Source: Obrimoposthia wandeli (Eukaryota). Taken from it: a stretch of 35,041 nucleotides of DNA. A program made the translations under genes and the position numbers. Location of the stretch: positions 372,001 through 407,041 of the forward strand of contig CDROCS010002597.1 in NCBI GenBank assembly GCA_977020255.1, given 5' to 3'. Positions 22,101 to 34,156 of this stretch are shown here, one piece after another. The notes under the pieces are model-generated. The model worked only from the letters and a program-made list of their open reading frames with translations. It did no database searches and was not told where the DNA came from. Within the stretch, counting starts at the first letter, position 1, and each line of letters opens with the position of its first letter.

Positions 22101-24096
22101 AACTGATAAAGAAAATATATTAGTCATTGTGAAAATAAGTTAAAGCTTTAGAGAAATACGACATATCAACCACAGAAGTCACGTAACAATCAAGAGTTTA
22201 ATCGATAAATTTAATAAAAATAATGGCACTACTAACAACTTATTAGAAGGTAGCAAAAAAAGGATAAATCAATTTAAAATTTTGTGTACTAATATCTATC
22301 TGCTTTAGATGAGCTAGTATGCTGCACGATATCAAGTAAAAGAAAGCCAGTAGAAACAAAATTATTTAGTCAGTGTACACCCAATTCTCTTTTTTAAACT
22401 GTTTTGAAATAACACGGTTCACAAAAGTGTAATTATTTCTTTATACACGTTTTTTGCACGGTTATTTTACTTACGGTCAGTAATTTTAGCAAAGTTCATC
22501 TACAAATACATCCGTAAATCGTTCTAGTTAAATGGAAACTAGAGGCCAAAATACACACACAATTATCTTAGAAGGATTCCAAGAAGCATGTATGTATGAA
22601 AAATCTTATGATGAAATTTATTTATGAATGAGATGCAATATTCATTAGATAACTGTTTTGTTTCATAGTATGCACCTATAATTGACCGGAACGCCAATTA
22701 TAGAATTGTTTTGGCTTTTTGTAATGATATTGGAGAATATATTGGATATTCTAAAAGAAAGTAATTGCATGGCAATAAAACTTTCCAATGCCTTTTTAGG
22801 TAATTTAATTGCATACATCTTTCGGCTATTTAAACCAGAGTTTTGTTTAAAATAAAAATAATTATTTTATATTCCGTTAAGAATAAAAACCTGATGTTTT
22901 TAGCTCGGTTTATATATATTTCTTTCGATTTTCACGTTTTTGAAAGTTATGGAACGTATCTCCTATTTTATTATGGAGTCTATAACTTTTTGACATGGTT
23001 TTCTGTGGAAGATATCTATCGTGTAAACAGAAAATTAGGTGTATTTTTAATTTTTTGTTGTAAAATTCATAAATTTTTTTTCAAAATAATAATTAATTTT
23101 AAGTTATATTAGACAGATTTGGCATTGTCTATTAAAAATCTAAATTAAAAGATATTAATAATGTATTATTTACTACATTTATTTATAATAAATAAATTTA
23201 TGACTTAAATTTTTAATGCATTTTTAAGAGCATATTTTTGAAAAGATGAACAAGAACAATATAAAAATCTTATTATTTTATCTTTAACTTTAATAATAAA
23301 ATCAAAGTTATTTTTGAAATTTTCCAAAAATTAGCAAATTAACTTAATTATTCTAAAACTCTTTATAACTGCTCACTATAGGATGAACTTAACAATTGGA
23401 CAATATATTCTTTCTTGATTGGTTATATTTTTTCTTAATTTTACTGCTTTAGTATCACGTTCATCTTATTGTACGTGCTAGCAGATGTAATTTTCATTTA
23501 TGTCAAGACGTGATTTCAAAATTTTATTTTTAAAACTGAATATTTAAACAATTATTTTAAATCTCAATTGTGAAAAATTTCAATTTGCACTTGTTCAAAT
23601 TTTCTTCGGAGAAAACCGACTCTTCAATTGTATATCCACGTATATAAAACAGAAATTTATAAATATAATTCGATTTATTTTACTTGGATATTGTTATAAT
23701 CCTTTATTAATCTATTTTAAATTTTAATTATTCAATTTTGATTTAAAATATATCCTAACTGTACGAATGCCCCAAATTTCCGCTTTAAAATTCCTTAAGT
23801 AATCCGTTCGTAGGGCGAGTGTATCGTTGAGTTTGTGATTTGAATTTTTTTATTGAAATATTATCACAATTGCGACTACGTCAATATTAAGTAGTTGCTG
23901 TTGACTAATATTCCACACTGGTACAGATTCACCGACTAATTGGGGCCTGGCCGAGAGCAAGCAGCGCCGATGGGGCAGCCAGTTTGCAGATATGCTGAAG
24001 CCGGACCTGATGACGACATACACAAACAGCTTCCACAGCCCTGAGCGCAGCGCCTATTCACGACCAAAGCCGATCAAGCCGATGGACAATGTGTGA
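16145..24096 (+). CDS. CFAP107: Cilia- and flagella-associated protein 107 (C1orf158), three exons, 183 aa: 16145-16231, 16278-16572, 23927-24096
   Basis: Exon 1 MSVENAGWKINPGYSTNVLINNWFEER; exon 2 ...LPPLRQWDSSTMHWIPEKSDFPIY; exon 3 (D)SPTNWGLAESKQRR...TTYTNSF. These track human YSTKVLTGNWMEER...LPPLRTWNGQKLLWLPEKSDFPLLAPPTNYGL...STYTSSY as remembered. GT-AG introns of 46 nt (phase 0) and 7,354 nt (phase 1); branch-like GACTAAT at 23903-23909; frame closes on TGA at 24096. Confidence 0.88.
16825..17679. mobile_element. Foldback/MITE-like element: ~205-bp inverted arms (16825-17031, 17474-17679) around a ~440-bp AT-rich spacer
   Basis: The arms are reverse complements with few mismatches, e.g. 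GATTCAACAAAAACAATTTTTCACTGAGTAATAAAATTCTGAT versus its reverse complement near 17605-17648. No TSD identified. Confidence 0.8.
17885..18300 (-). pseudogene. hAT transposase remnant
   Basis: Frames read AARTPKLDYLLK, TDQTLRWRSTYLMSQRLL (the hAT TRWxSTxxM motif) and FQSDDLTPGIFLKE...IVDGIAASMK. A TCCGACTCCAACTCC subterminal-type motif lies nearby at ~17800. Confidence 0.75.
19510..19810 (-). mobile_element. LINE (CR1/L2-like) 3'-end remnant
   Basis: Minus frame IEKFKKQLKTLLFR resembles the FKxxLKTxLF terminus of ORF2. A homologous copy lies at 25140-25420. Confidence 0.5.
19975..21931 (+). mobile_element. LTR retrotransposon pol remnant in RT-RNaseH-integrase order (Ty3/Gypsy-like), frameshifted
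   Basis: GTDSYVDDI (RT), VLGLRV, FSLCGxLLGHFP..GWLRP, LACDVAHY...IDCGPS, PDELLFDNG (integrase) and a C-terminal RQTRRPAFLTDY. No LTRs found. Confidence 0.85.
22083..22800 (+). mobile_element. Possible Tc1/mariner transposase remnant
   Basis: MKQQSTTDKENIL..SFREIRHINHRSHVTIKSLIDKFNK (HTH-like), followed by scattered RPKYT and TPIIELFW fragments resembling DNDPKH and LNPIExLW. Heavily decayed. Confidence 0.35.
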
Positions 24097-25139
24097 AACA
24101 ATGATCTGCTAGCATGATTATGATGTCAACCTCATTATCATACTTCAGTGGTTTTATCTTTACTATTACTTTTGTATTGTCAACATTGATAAAGGGGTTT
24201 TGTTTAGTATAATCATGAATATAAATCTGATCGATTTGAATATTTAACATTAAAATAAAGATGTTTTATTTTAGTAAATACTTTATGTTAAAGAATAACA
24301 TCTAAATAAGATGAATTATTCAATATAAAAAAATTTCTAAAAACAGTTTTGTATTTTTAATGTAAAATACGGATTTTGAGGAAAAAATCCCAATTGGGCA
24401 ACTCTGAATTTTAAAATAATCAATTTTAAATAAAGTCAAATATTTATAAAATGTTATTTTTTGTCATTCATAACTACTGAATACCTGTATAAACGGAGAA
24501 AATTTGAAAATCATAATATTAATTTGTTTAAATTTTTTTAAATAGTCAAATTTCAAACGAAACTTGTTTTGAATGAATTGTTTTCTACAATTATGACTGT
24601 ATTTAATAAATACGTTTTACTATTTTTTTCATATAAATTAAACTAACATTAATAATATTTATGCTTTTGAATTATTGTGAACTTCAAATTCGTATTTGTA
24701 ACCAATATTTTAACTTTTAAAATAGTATCTGTTAAAACTCAACATTATATTTATTTAAAATATAATAAACTTAAAGCAAGACTTTCTATAATTTTTTTAT
24801 TACAAAGTTACTTTTGATGTATATATTTTTAGAAAATATTCACAATCAATTTAATATTTTTTGCCTATTAAATAAAAAAATGATTAAGATTGAAGGAAAT
24901 TGCTTGAAATTAATCCTATGTAAGTGGTCTAAAATATACGTAATTATGTTTACATTTTTTAGAAAATTTATTTAACTTCTTCTATTTATAAAAATAAACC
25001 AATAAAATATATAAATTATAAAAAATTCTTTAAATGTGGACTTTTAACATTTGATTAAACTAAATTATAAGAATAGCAATAATGTAGCCTAATATGTAAA
25101 AACATTATTATTTATTACTCAAAAGTGCTTCGTGCTTTC

Positions 25140-25420
25140 CAAAATTTATTCTGAATAGTAAAGTCTTCAGCTGCTTCTTGAATTTTTCAATATTAATTTT
25201 CATTCATTGTTGTAAAGATTCAAAGCTCTAAATATAAATATTTCATAACTCATTTTGTTATTTGAGATATTTTGATTAATCTGCGGTAATAATCGTTTCT
25301 CTTAAGATGCGCGAGGCTCGAGAATATCATATAAATATTTGGGCTTTTGTATGAAAATACATATTTCTGGCATTGATTGGTAGGTAAATTCTCACTTGTA
25401 CTCGAATTTTTCTTTAATTT
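25140..25420 (-). mobile_element. LINE (CR1/L2-like) 3'-end remnant, second copy
   Basis: Shares CTGAATAG(C/T)AAAGTCTTCAGCTGCTTCTTGAATTTTTCAATATT with the 19.5-kb copy. Minus frames read FRALNLYN and IEKFKKQLKTLLFR. Confidence 0.5.
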
Positions 25421-26983
25421 GAATACAATTCTAATTGTTAGGGGCTTTGTTAAATATTTTTAAAAATGATTTAATTTATAAGTTGGAATATTAAACTAAA
25501 AGAATTCTGAAAATCAAGTCTTGGTGTAATAATGTGATAGCGTAGATCTCAGCAGTAAGATTTATTTTATTTGTTGATAAATATTTTCCTTTAAACATTT
25601 GACAATTGATTGTAATGTTTTCATTGATTTCATGACCAATGTTCTTTATTTTAGATTTTAAATTTATAATAATTTTCGTGACATGTACAAAACTTCTTTT
25701 TTTAAATGGTTTGTCTATTTCTTAGACCAAAATAATAAGGCCTCAGTTTTATTTTCACCAATCTTCAATTATATTGATTTCATCTATATACATATTTCCA
25801 TCATAGAATCTATTAAAAATATATATTGACAACATTATTTAAAATAAATTACTGTAGCCAACATTTAACTACTTCCTGATCAATGTAACACACTGTAAAT
25901 GAAGACATAAACATTAAGTGAACGACAAGTTAAACAACTTTGGATTTAGCACTAGTGACATTAAAAGTAAAGTGTTTTTCTTTGATCAATATATTAATTG
26001 AAATCAGCCAAATGGAAGTCACGACATTTTTACAAACTCAATAAGTTTTTGTATAACCCATAAGATCCCCTAATATATTGAAAATATTGTTGATAATTAA
26101 TTATATACTGAAGAATTCTCTAACATTGCTACATGATTTTGATGATAATATCACACATTTTCAAGTGCAAATCTTTTGATAAGGAAAACCTTTTGAAAAT
26201 TCATTAGTAACGTAAAGTGTACTTTTTCAAACTAGAAATAAGAAAATAGAACAACATGCAAAAAGTATTGTGTGCTGTACTCGTTTTATATTGGCCGTTT
26301 TAAGTGTCCAACACATTATAGCAGAAAGTCGTCTTGTTTTGTATTTTTAGAAAAGCACACTTTAGACTACTATATATGGAATTTTGTAGTCGGGAGTACC
26401 CAATTTCTGTGCTTGAGTCGAAACATATCTGAAACAAGGGCCCGCAAGTAGAAATCAGGATTAGTGCTCTAATCTATTTTTGATATTGGAAACACTTCAT
26501 CACTCCTATGAGCTTAGAAATACTGATATGGTTACCGAGTTATAATTTTGGTTTAACGACTATTGTTTTGAGATTGAATCAATGTGCATGAAACCATTTA
26601 AACCTCAATGTTATTCAAGTTAATTATAAGTGGAAGTACTTCAACCCATTTTTAGTACCGATCGCCGTAAAGTAGCAATCAGTCTCTTAATGTCCTATTA
26701 AATTGTTCTACTACCGTGGCCTTAGTAAAGGGATGTCTGTCTTTCAGGACAAAGTCTTCCGATCACTCATCCTGAGTAGGTGGATGAGTCCGGTCTAATC
26801 CACACCCCTGTCCTTTAAAACCGTGCATGTGTGTGGAGTGGAATTTTGTGTAGGTGTGTGGAGTGAAATTTTGCTCCACACACATGCACGGTTTTAAAAG
26901 ACAGGGGGGTCCCAAAAAAAGGCTCGGGATGGGTGTATATCATAGACTTCCTTGGGTGTTGGGTGTTGGAGGGTGGGTGTAAA

Positions 26984-27399
26984 TCGATGGGTGTTGGGTG
27001 AAAGTCGATGGGTGTTGGGTGAAAGTCGATGGGTGTTGGGTGAAAGTCGATGGGTGTTGGGTGATGGGTGAAAGTCGATGGGTGTTGGGTGAAAGTCGAT
27101 GGGTGTTGGGTGAAAGTCGTTGGGTGTTGGGTGAAAGTCGATGGGTGTTGGGTGAAAGTCGATGGGTGTTGGGTGAAAGTCGTTGGGTGTTGGGTGAAAG
27201 TCAATGGGTGTTGGGTGAAAGTCGGTGGGTGTTGGGTGAAAGTCGATGGGTGTTGGGTGAAAGTCGATGGGTGATGGGTGAAAGTCGGTGGGTGTTGGGT
27301 GAAAGTCTATGGGTGATGGGTGAAAGTCGATGGGTGATGAGTGAAAGTCTGTGGGGGATGGGTGAAAGTCTGTGGGTGTTGGGTGAAAGTCGTTGGGTG
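26984..27399 (+). repeat. 21-bp G-rich minisatellite (GATGGGTGTTGGGTGAAAGTC)n, ~20 units
   Basis: Read directly from the sequence. The repetitive ORFs at 26815-27549 are translations of this array. Confidence 0.95.
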
Positions 27400-28040
27400 A
27401 GGGGTGTAAGTTGGTGGGCGTTGGGCCGGTGGTGGTTCACCACCAACACTACACCACACAACACCACATCACACCACACCACAAACAACACCACACCACA
27501 CCACACCACAAACAACACCACCCACCGAAACACTCCGCCCGCCCCATAGGGGCGGGCTTCATTCTCGCGAAAATAACTACAAAAACATGCGCTACAGTAT
27601 TTTTCTTTAACTTTACCTCTCACAACTACACATGTAGACAACCCGTGTCACACCCCAGCCCCAAACATACACCGCACACCGCCCGCCCCTTCGGGGCGGG
27701 CTTCATTCTTGATCTTTAGGCACGAAAAACATTACAAAAAATAAATGATTTGAATCAGACGCAATTTTTTGCGCCAAATTTAAAATTTTCAAAATGGCTT
27801 TAAAACAAAAAAATAAAATATTAAAATTTAAAAAGAAAAAATCTTAAAATTTTACACATAATTTTTTACAATAATTTTTATAGTTTAAAAATATAATTTT
27901 ACACAGAACTTTTATACTTTAGAATTAAAATTTTAAACTTAGAAAAAGACAAAGACGAATTGGATACAAATATTTATTAAACAAAAGAGAAAAATTAGGT
28001 ACAATAAATTTGTGACATAAATTCAAACATACAAAAACAA

Positions 28041-28439
28041 TTATTCAAGTGAAAAAACATCTGGATATCTGTGATGTCCGTAGACAACTGACCGGTTTTT
28101 CTCTACCCATTTTCTCTTATCGTCATTGCTATTCAATGCGATCTTACTCATATTTACGGTATAGAGCTGGTGATTAATTGAACTAATGCGTTGTTGTCGC
28201 ACTTGTTCACTAACCCCACTCTCATATGCAGCTAAATAATTCGCATGGCGTAGCGCAGTCTGCTTAAGGCTAATTCCCTTTGCTCTCATCTGGGACTTTC
28301 CGTCTATAGTTTCTAAGCTATATGATTTGGGGCGTAAAAATACCCATTGCTTATATCTACATTGCTTACTCTCATCCTTAAACTTGCCTATCGCAGTATT
28401 GGCTAAAGGATGGTTTATAGAAAATTTTGATGTGTCCAT
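28041..28439 (-). pseudogene. Protein-primed B-family DNA polymerase (Maverick pPolB), C-terminal 132-aa fragment
   Basis: DTS..HPL...IGKFKDE...FLRPKSYS...RAKGI...RISSINHQLYT..KIALNSNDDKR...YGH. The catalytic N-terminal part is absent, and the frame is closed just upstream. Confidence 0.85.
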
Positions 28440-29929
28440 CTGAAATCATTGCTGACAACAGTGTAGCTTGCACGTCTACATTATGACACTTTAGAAAAAA
28501 ATTCTAATTTGGATATAAAAAGTTCGATTTTTAATCATTTTATGTTTATATTTATGGATTTTAGAATACATTTTTTCGTGTATATTTCAGAATAATGTAA
28601 ATTAAGATGCAAAGCTGAATCTTAGATCATTTATAATGCTTTTAGTTGACAAATGAATGAATTTACTGTGTAATTTTTCTGAATAATGTAAATCTCAAAG
28701 TAGAAAGTTCGATTTTCAGTCAATTTATAGATTAGAAGATAAATTTACCATGGATTTTTAGAATAATGCAAATTATAATGCAAATAATTGATCATTTTTC
28801 AATGAATTTACCCATATTTCAATAAATTTCCTTTGATTTTAGTTTAAGGACAAAATTACTTTCAGAATAAATAAGTTGTATTTCCTGACGATTCTTATGT
28901 GCCACCGCGTCAATAAAGTTTTCATGGTTTCTTATATGGTAGATGCACTAATTGGATTTCTCTTCAACATATTTAAAGTATTCCTCAGTGTAATAAAGAT
29001 ATAATTTGAAGAGATTATATAATGATCAATAATGGGGAGTTTATTACGGACAATAATACGGATAGGTAGAGAGATTACTATGATCAATTAGTCAATTTAC
29101 GATCAAGAGTATATTATTAATTTTAATCTGCATCTTTAACTAAGAATTTTATTAAATTTCAAACTGATTCATTAATTAAATCTAAAATGTTATCTACTTT
29201 CTTTTAAAAAGTTTTTATTTGTAAAAGAATCTGTAAAAGTTTTGTTACTAAAAAATGATTAGTTTACATTTCTATTTTTTGTTTCAAAGAATATTGTTTG
29301 AAGATTAGCTTATTTAAGGAAATTAATCTATGTAATAAATAAGTAATTAATTAAATTATCACTAGTAAACATCGGATATCAATATTATATTGGAACATTT
29401 TGTTTAGAAATTATTACATCAGGACTAGAAATGGATTAAATTATATTCTCTCTTTCGATTCATTTAAACCTAAAATTATTATTTTCAAGTATCATTTATT
29501 GATATAATTTATTCAATAATGTTTAGAGTATGTATTTATCTCAGTCATAATTTATTCATATTACTTGAGTCTATTGATAACTATATTCTCAAAAAATAAT
29601 TTTTCATTGATCGATATATCAAACAAGAAAATTCTTACAAAACTCTACAAGCTTATTGATTCATTGATGTTATCAATATTATGGAAACTTATTTTCAAAC
29701 ATCAACAACCAGTCGATTTATTACTTCAAATAAATTATGATCGGTCTAGTAAAGAAATTATACATAAAAGGTTCTATAAGAGAAATTAACAAGATGCATG
29801 AGATTTGTTACATTTAGATGATATATGACATGGGTGTTTATAAGGTTTAAGAATAGAAAATAATGGATAGAGTTTTACAAGAGAAACTTACGATTTGTTC
29901 AAAAGGTTCTCTAGAAGAGTAATTAATAC

Positions 29930-30790
29930 ATAGAAGATTAAAGATAATAAAATAAGTAGCGGTTCAGAGGAGAAATTAACGATACTTTTAGGAGGTATCA
30001 AAAGAAAAAATATAGCCTAGATTGGATTATGAAGTGAAATTGATGTGATTTATTTAAGAGATTTAGGAATGGAATTTAATGGGATGTTTAGAAGTTCAAA
30101 GAAGAAAATTACAAAGTATTTAGGAAGTTTATAAAATAATTTATTACATAGAAGAGTTCAAAGAAATTTATAAAATAATTTATTACATAGAAGAGTTCAA
30201 AGATAATTTATTACATAGAAGAGTTCAACGAGGTATTTAGAAGGTTATAGAAGAAATATTAATGCATAGAATGATTATAAAAGACAAATTGAAAAAGTGT
30301 TCAAGAGGTTTCAGAAGAAAGATTATAGATTTGAAGGGTTTAGAAGGTATTTAGCAGGAATGTTTAGGAGGTATCAGAAAATATAGCCTTAAAAGGCGTT
30401 TAGAGAAGTATTTAAAAGGAGTATTTAGGAAGTTTCAGACAAAAGAAATTAAAACCTAAAATTGGTTCATAGGGGCAATTAAAGCCTAAAGTGTTCAAAG
30501 GAAGATTTAAATGAGGATTTCAAGAGGTTTCAAAAGAAGAAATTAGATGAATTTAGAGGGAAATTTAACGATGATTCAGATGGTTCAGAAGAAAGATTAA
30601 AGCTTTGAAGGGTTTAGAAGGGATTTAACAGGAATGTTTAGGAGGTTTTGGTAAAAAAATAGCCTAGATAGCTAGATTGAATGAAAATAAAAGCGATGTA
30701 TATAAGGTTATTAGGATTCAGAAGAAAAAATATAGGATATATTTGACATTGAAAGGAAATTTAATGTGATTTAGAAGATATTTATGATAT
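29930..30790. repeat. Purine-rich low-complexity region with internal duplications
   Basis: TTATTACATAGAAGAGTTCAA occurs three times (30138-30228). TTTAGGAGGT..AAAATATAGCC-like blocks occur at ~29986, 30362 and 30636. Confidence 0.6.
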
Positions 30791-31779
30791 TTAGAAGGGA
30801 AATAAGACTACTGTTCTAAAACTATAGTGAAATCGTATTTTATCAATATTCCGGTCATTTCATTTAAGATTATGATATAAGCAATCATATTGAATTTCAG
30901 CTTTATAGTGCTTCAAAGCGAGTTATACCAAAAATTAATCATAATATAAGTATTTTACTCATATTTCGGTCATAACGAAGACAATTATTACAAAAGCAGA
31001 GATATTATTCAAACTTTTACCATCTTCTTGTAAATGTTTCGCATATATTTTGGAAAATGATAATCCACAATAGTGTTAGAGGATATAATTAGAATTAGAA
31101 TATTAGAATTAGAGTATTAGCAGTTATAGGTTTAGGTTAGATATTGTGTAATAACGATTAGTGTGCATATTCCCAATTATTGATTTTATAGTTGAAAATA
31201 ATCAATGATGTTGTAAATAGCTGCTTATAAGTCAATATGTATTAAGGAAAACTTAAAGAAACAACTTCTGAGTATTGATAAAGTCATCATATATTTATAA
31301 AAAATCGGGTAAAATCTTTATGATTACTATTAATAGTTTTGGTTCATATAAATGGTTTCCTGAACCAATGTTGATCTGTCTTCATTAGACATTAAAAAAT
31401 ACTTTAAATCAATTAATATTAATTCATCAATATTATAACAGTTATCGTAAGCTTTAAAGTCCTATATAAAACCTTGAAAGACATATGGTGATTATTGAAA
31501 GTTGTACTTAAATTATCAATATTTTACTATTATTTCAATATAGTAAGTCATATTCAAGTTTTCCATATATTTCTTCTACTCATCAAGTTATACACAGTCA
31601 TTAAATACTTCAATTAAATCACGAGGTTAAGTGTGAAGTAATAATAGTAGAAGAATTACGGTCTATTTAAGAGCTTTAAGAAAATAAAGTGAACCATATT
31701 GGTTATTTTCTCAAGAAACGTATACTACGTCAATATCATGATCAAATAATCAATTATGATTTTATATAATCTTTAAGAG

Positions 31780-31915
31780 AACGCTTACTACTACATCAGT
31801 TTCTATATGGACTAAACGATAAAATCATAAATCACCCAGCAGTACTAGAAGTAGAAAATTTTCAACAAGCCATAAATAAAGCACAACTTGTAGAAGTAGT
31901 GAGAAGTGATGACTT
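31780..31915 (+). pseudogene. Possible retrotransposon gag remnant
   Basis: LRERLLLHQFLYGLNDKI...FQQAINKAQLVE resembles the QFxxGL...FxxAVxxA pattern of LTR-retrotransposon Gag. Confidence 0.4.
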
Positions 31916-33343
31916 ATTTTGTATAATTGAATCTACTTTTATTTGTGAGTAGAAAACGTTTTTGTAATCTTAAGCTATTTATTACACATTTTTAAACCTA
32001 TGAGTTAAACAAGTAAATAGAGATAGTAAAGAATAATTTTTATTAAAGATACATACATTGTTATACCATCATCTCTTGACAATATCATAATCTTCATTAC
32101 TTCGATCCATCTTCATTACACAATCCTTCTTCTCATCAAAGCAATCACTCATCTTCATCCTTCATTATCACAATCTCTCATTCATTTTCATTATCACAAT
32201 TAATTAAAATAATCAATACATTTTTAAATATACATTTTAAAATATGTAGAGAAATATAAATATATATATTATGTATTGATTTATACATGTTCAGAGATGG
32301 AATTTAACAAGGTGTTTACAGAGGAAAATTCTTCGAGAAAAGATATTTAGTGATATTATTTAATTGTTTATCCTTTGAAGTCCAATTCCAATTGATTGAT
32401 AATGTTGTTTATGTAAATCGCTTCGTATTAGTCATATCATTGAAGGGCTCACGTTCTTCGGTTACGCGTGTGGGTCTTGTTATTGTTTCAGTTACTGGAT
32501 TAATATTTTCTCTATGATTATTTCTATTATAATCCATATTAGCATATAAATTACTACCAGAACCAATATATGTGCTTGCTCTATCTTGATTATCCATTTT
32601 CAATAAAAATCAATATCGGAATATTGTTTATAGAGATAATTTGTAATCTAAAAATAGATTTTCAAATAATATATAAGAATTAGTTTATATTAATCAGTTT
32701 ATAATAATCAGAAATGTTACTTCATAATATCAAATTTGTGAATATTAATTACAAGGGAATGGTTGTAAGCAATATTCAACACTTACCATTTCGAAGACAC
32801 ATCAGTACCGTCACAAATGTGATAGTTATACTATTATATTTTTCAAATCTGGTAATTTATTTTACATTTAAGTTTTAATATAATTAGGAACATGTCGAAT
32901 CATGGGGTGTAAAGCTGCGCTAGATGAAAGCACTCTTCCGTTCAAAATCAAAATCGAGAGAATTCAATCAATCAGTGTCAGTACTTAGTACTTAGAAAAA
33001 CCAATAAACCTGAGCAAGATGAGCAAGAGTTTGAGAGTGGAAGCAGTTTACGATCCAAAATTTTTTTCCAGGGCTACGTTATATCAAATACAATCCTCTG
33101 TGCGTGAACATTTTTTTGCGAGCGGGTAGGTGATGATACTTGGCGTTAAGATCCTAGAATATGAATATCTTGTTGAATGTATTTTATTTAATATACATCT
33201 TCAAACTTGTGTTCTTTCCTAAACAAAGATATTACTTGCAAAAAGATGCAAAGTTGCAAAAAGTTGTAATGTTACTAAAAATAGATTTCCCTTGTTTTCT
33301 GAATTATAAACAATACTCTTATAGCTTTAAATTTGTCAATAAA

Positions 33344-33994
33344 ATGGAAAAACTCGGTGAACCATCATCAGCAGCAGCAGAGAAAAATGAAGAAATTATT
33401 GAAGATACTGATAAAGAAGAAAATAAGCGATTGAATTTCTTAAATGCTCTGACTTTTAAAGAACCCGTAATAGCTAATGCTTCCAATATGGAAATGTCTC
33501 AGATGACCCACCTTTTTGATAGTTTGTTTAGAGCTAGATTTAACCAACTTAGTGTGGAAAAATTAAACAAAACCCCAATGAGCGAGATTTTAGTAAATCA
33601 ATTATATATTGGAAATTATCGTGACGGGTTTGATGAAACTGAGCTTCTAAAATCGAAATTCACACATGTAATCAATACATCTCCAGTGGATAAGATATCT
33701 TATAAGGAATTAAAGTATACATCAATCTTTGTAAATACGAAATTAGGAGAAACAATATTACAATATTATAAACAGACTAATAATATAATTAAAGAAACCA
33801 TCAAAAATGGAGGAAAGGTTCTAGTATGTGGTCATTATGGAGGTTTACATGCTGTTTGTATTGTTATTGCATTTTTATCTCTTTCAATGAGTGTTAGTTC
33901 TGCATGGAATCTTGTTAAAGCTAAACGCAGTATTGCAGCGCTTAATACAACTTTGCTTAATCAAATACATATTTTTAATCATTATCATACATAA
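33344..33994 (+). CDS. Intronless dual-specificity phosphatase-fold protein, predicted pseudophosphatase (216 aa from MEKLG)
   Basis: PMSEILVNQLYIGNY...FTHVINTS...NGGKVLVCGHYGGLHAVCIVIAFL...AWNLVKAKRS...LNTTLLNQI is the DSP fold. The HCx5R loop is replaced. The upstream 61 codons of the listed ORF look like AT-rich non-coding sequence. Confidence 0.8.
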   Translation: MEKLGEPSSAAAEKNEEIIEDTDKEENKRLNFLNALTFKEPVIANASNMEMSQMTHLFDSLFRARFNQLSVEKLNKTPMSEILVNQLYIGNYRDGFDETELLKSKFTHVINTSPVDKISYKELKYTSIFVNTKLGETILQYYKQTNNIIKETIKNGGKVLVCGHYGGLHAVCIVIAFLSLSMSVSSAWNLVKAKRSIAALNTTLLNQIHIFNHYHT

Positions 33995-34156
33995 ATTGTA
34001 TTTATCATGTTTCTACCATTATCCAATCAGATTTTAGTTGTATATAAACAGTCAACGGTTTGACCATACTTCATTATAATGTCTACTCATAATTATTTCA
34101 AACAACATGTTGATTATATATGTTCAATATGTCAAACAAACCAGGTATAATTCATA

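Larger units (their letters stand above)
26775..28439. mobile_element. Maverick/Polinton terminal segment: AGTAG end, 34-bp hairpin, G-rich array, CA-rich tract, two GC hairpins and the pPolB 3' end
   Basis: Starts AGTAGGTGGATG and is homologous to 12041-12145. The pPolB fragment points toward this terminus. Confidence 0.7.

Noticed and set aside
8120-24020. Other CTGATGA matches (about 8129, 11622, 13511, 21804, 24007)
   Set aside because: None is followed by a stem II, GAAA, stem III and NUH, so they are not hammerheads.
25880-26300. Possible hAT (Charlie/Buster-type) C-terminal remnant
   Set aside because: Only vague motif echoes remain across many stops; not supportable without a profile search.
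12146-26774. One Maverick spanning the two termini
   Set aside because: The termini face outward, the flanking 6-mers differ, and a host gene (CFAP107) lies between them.
26954-27399. GGGTGT-rich array as telomeric repeat
   Set aside because: The unit is 21 bp with a constant GAAAGTC spacer, and it is internal to a Maverick-like end rather than a simple short-unit telomere array.
26815-27719. Repetitive ORFs (VKVDGCW, VLGESRW, TQHPSTF)n as proteins
   Set aside because: They are translations of the 21-bp minisatellite, open in several frames on both strands.
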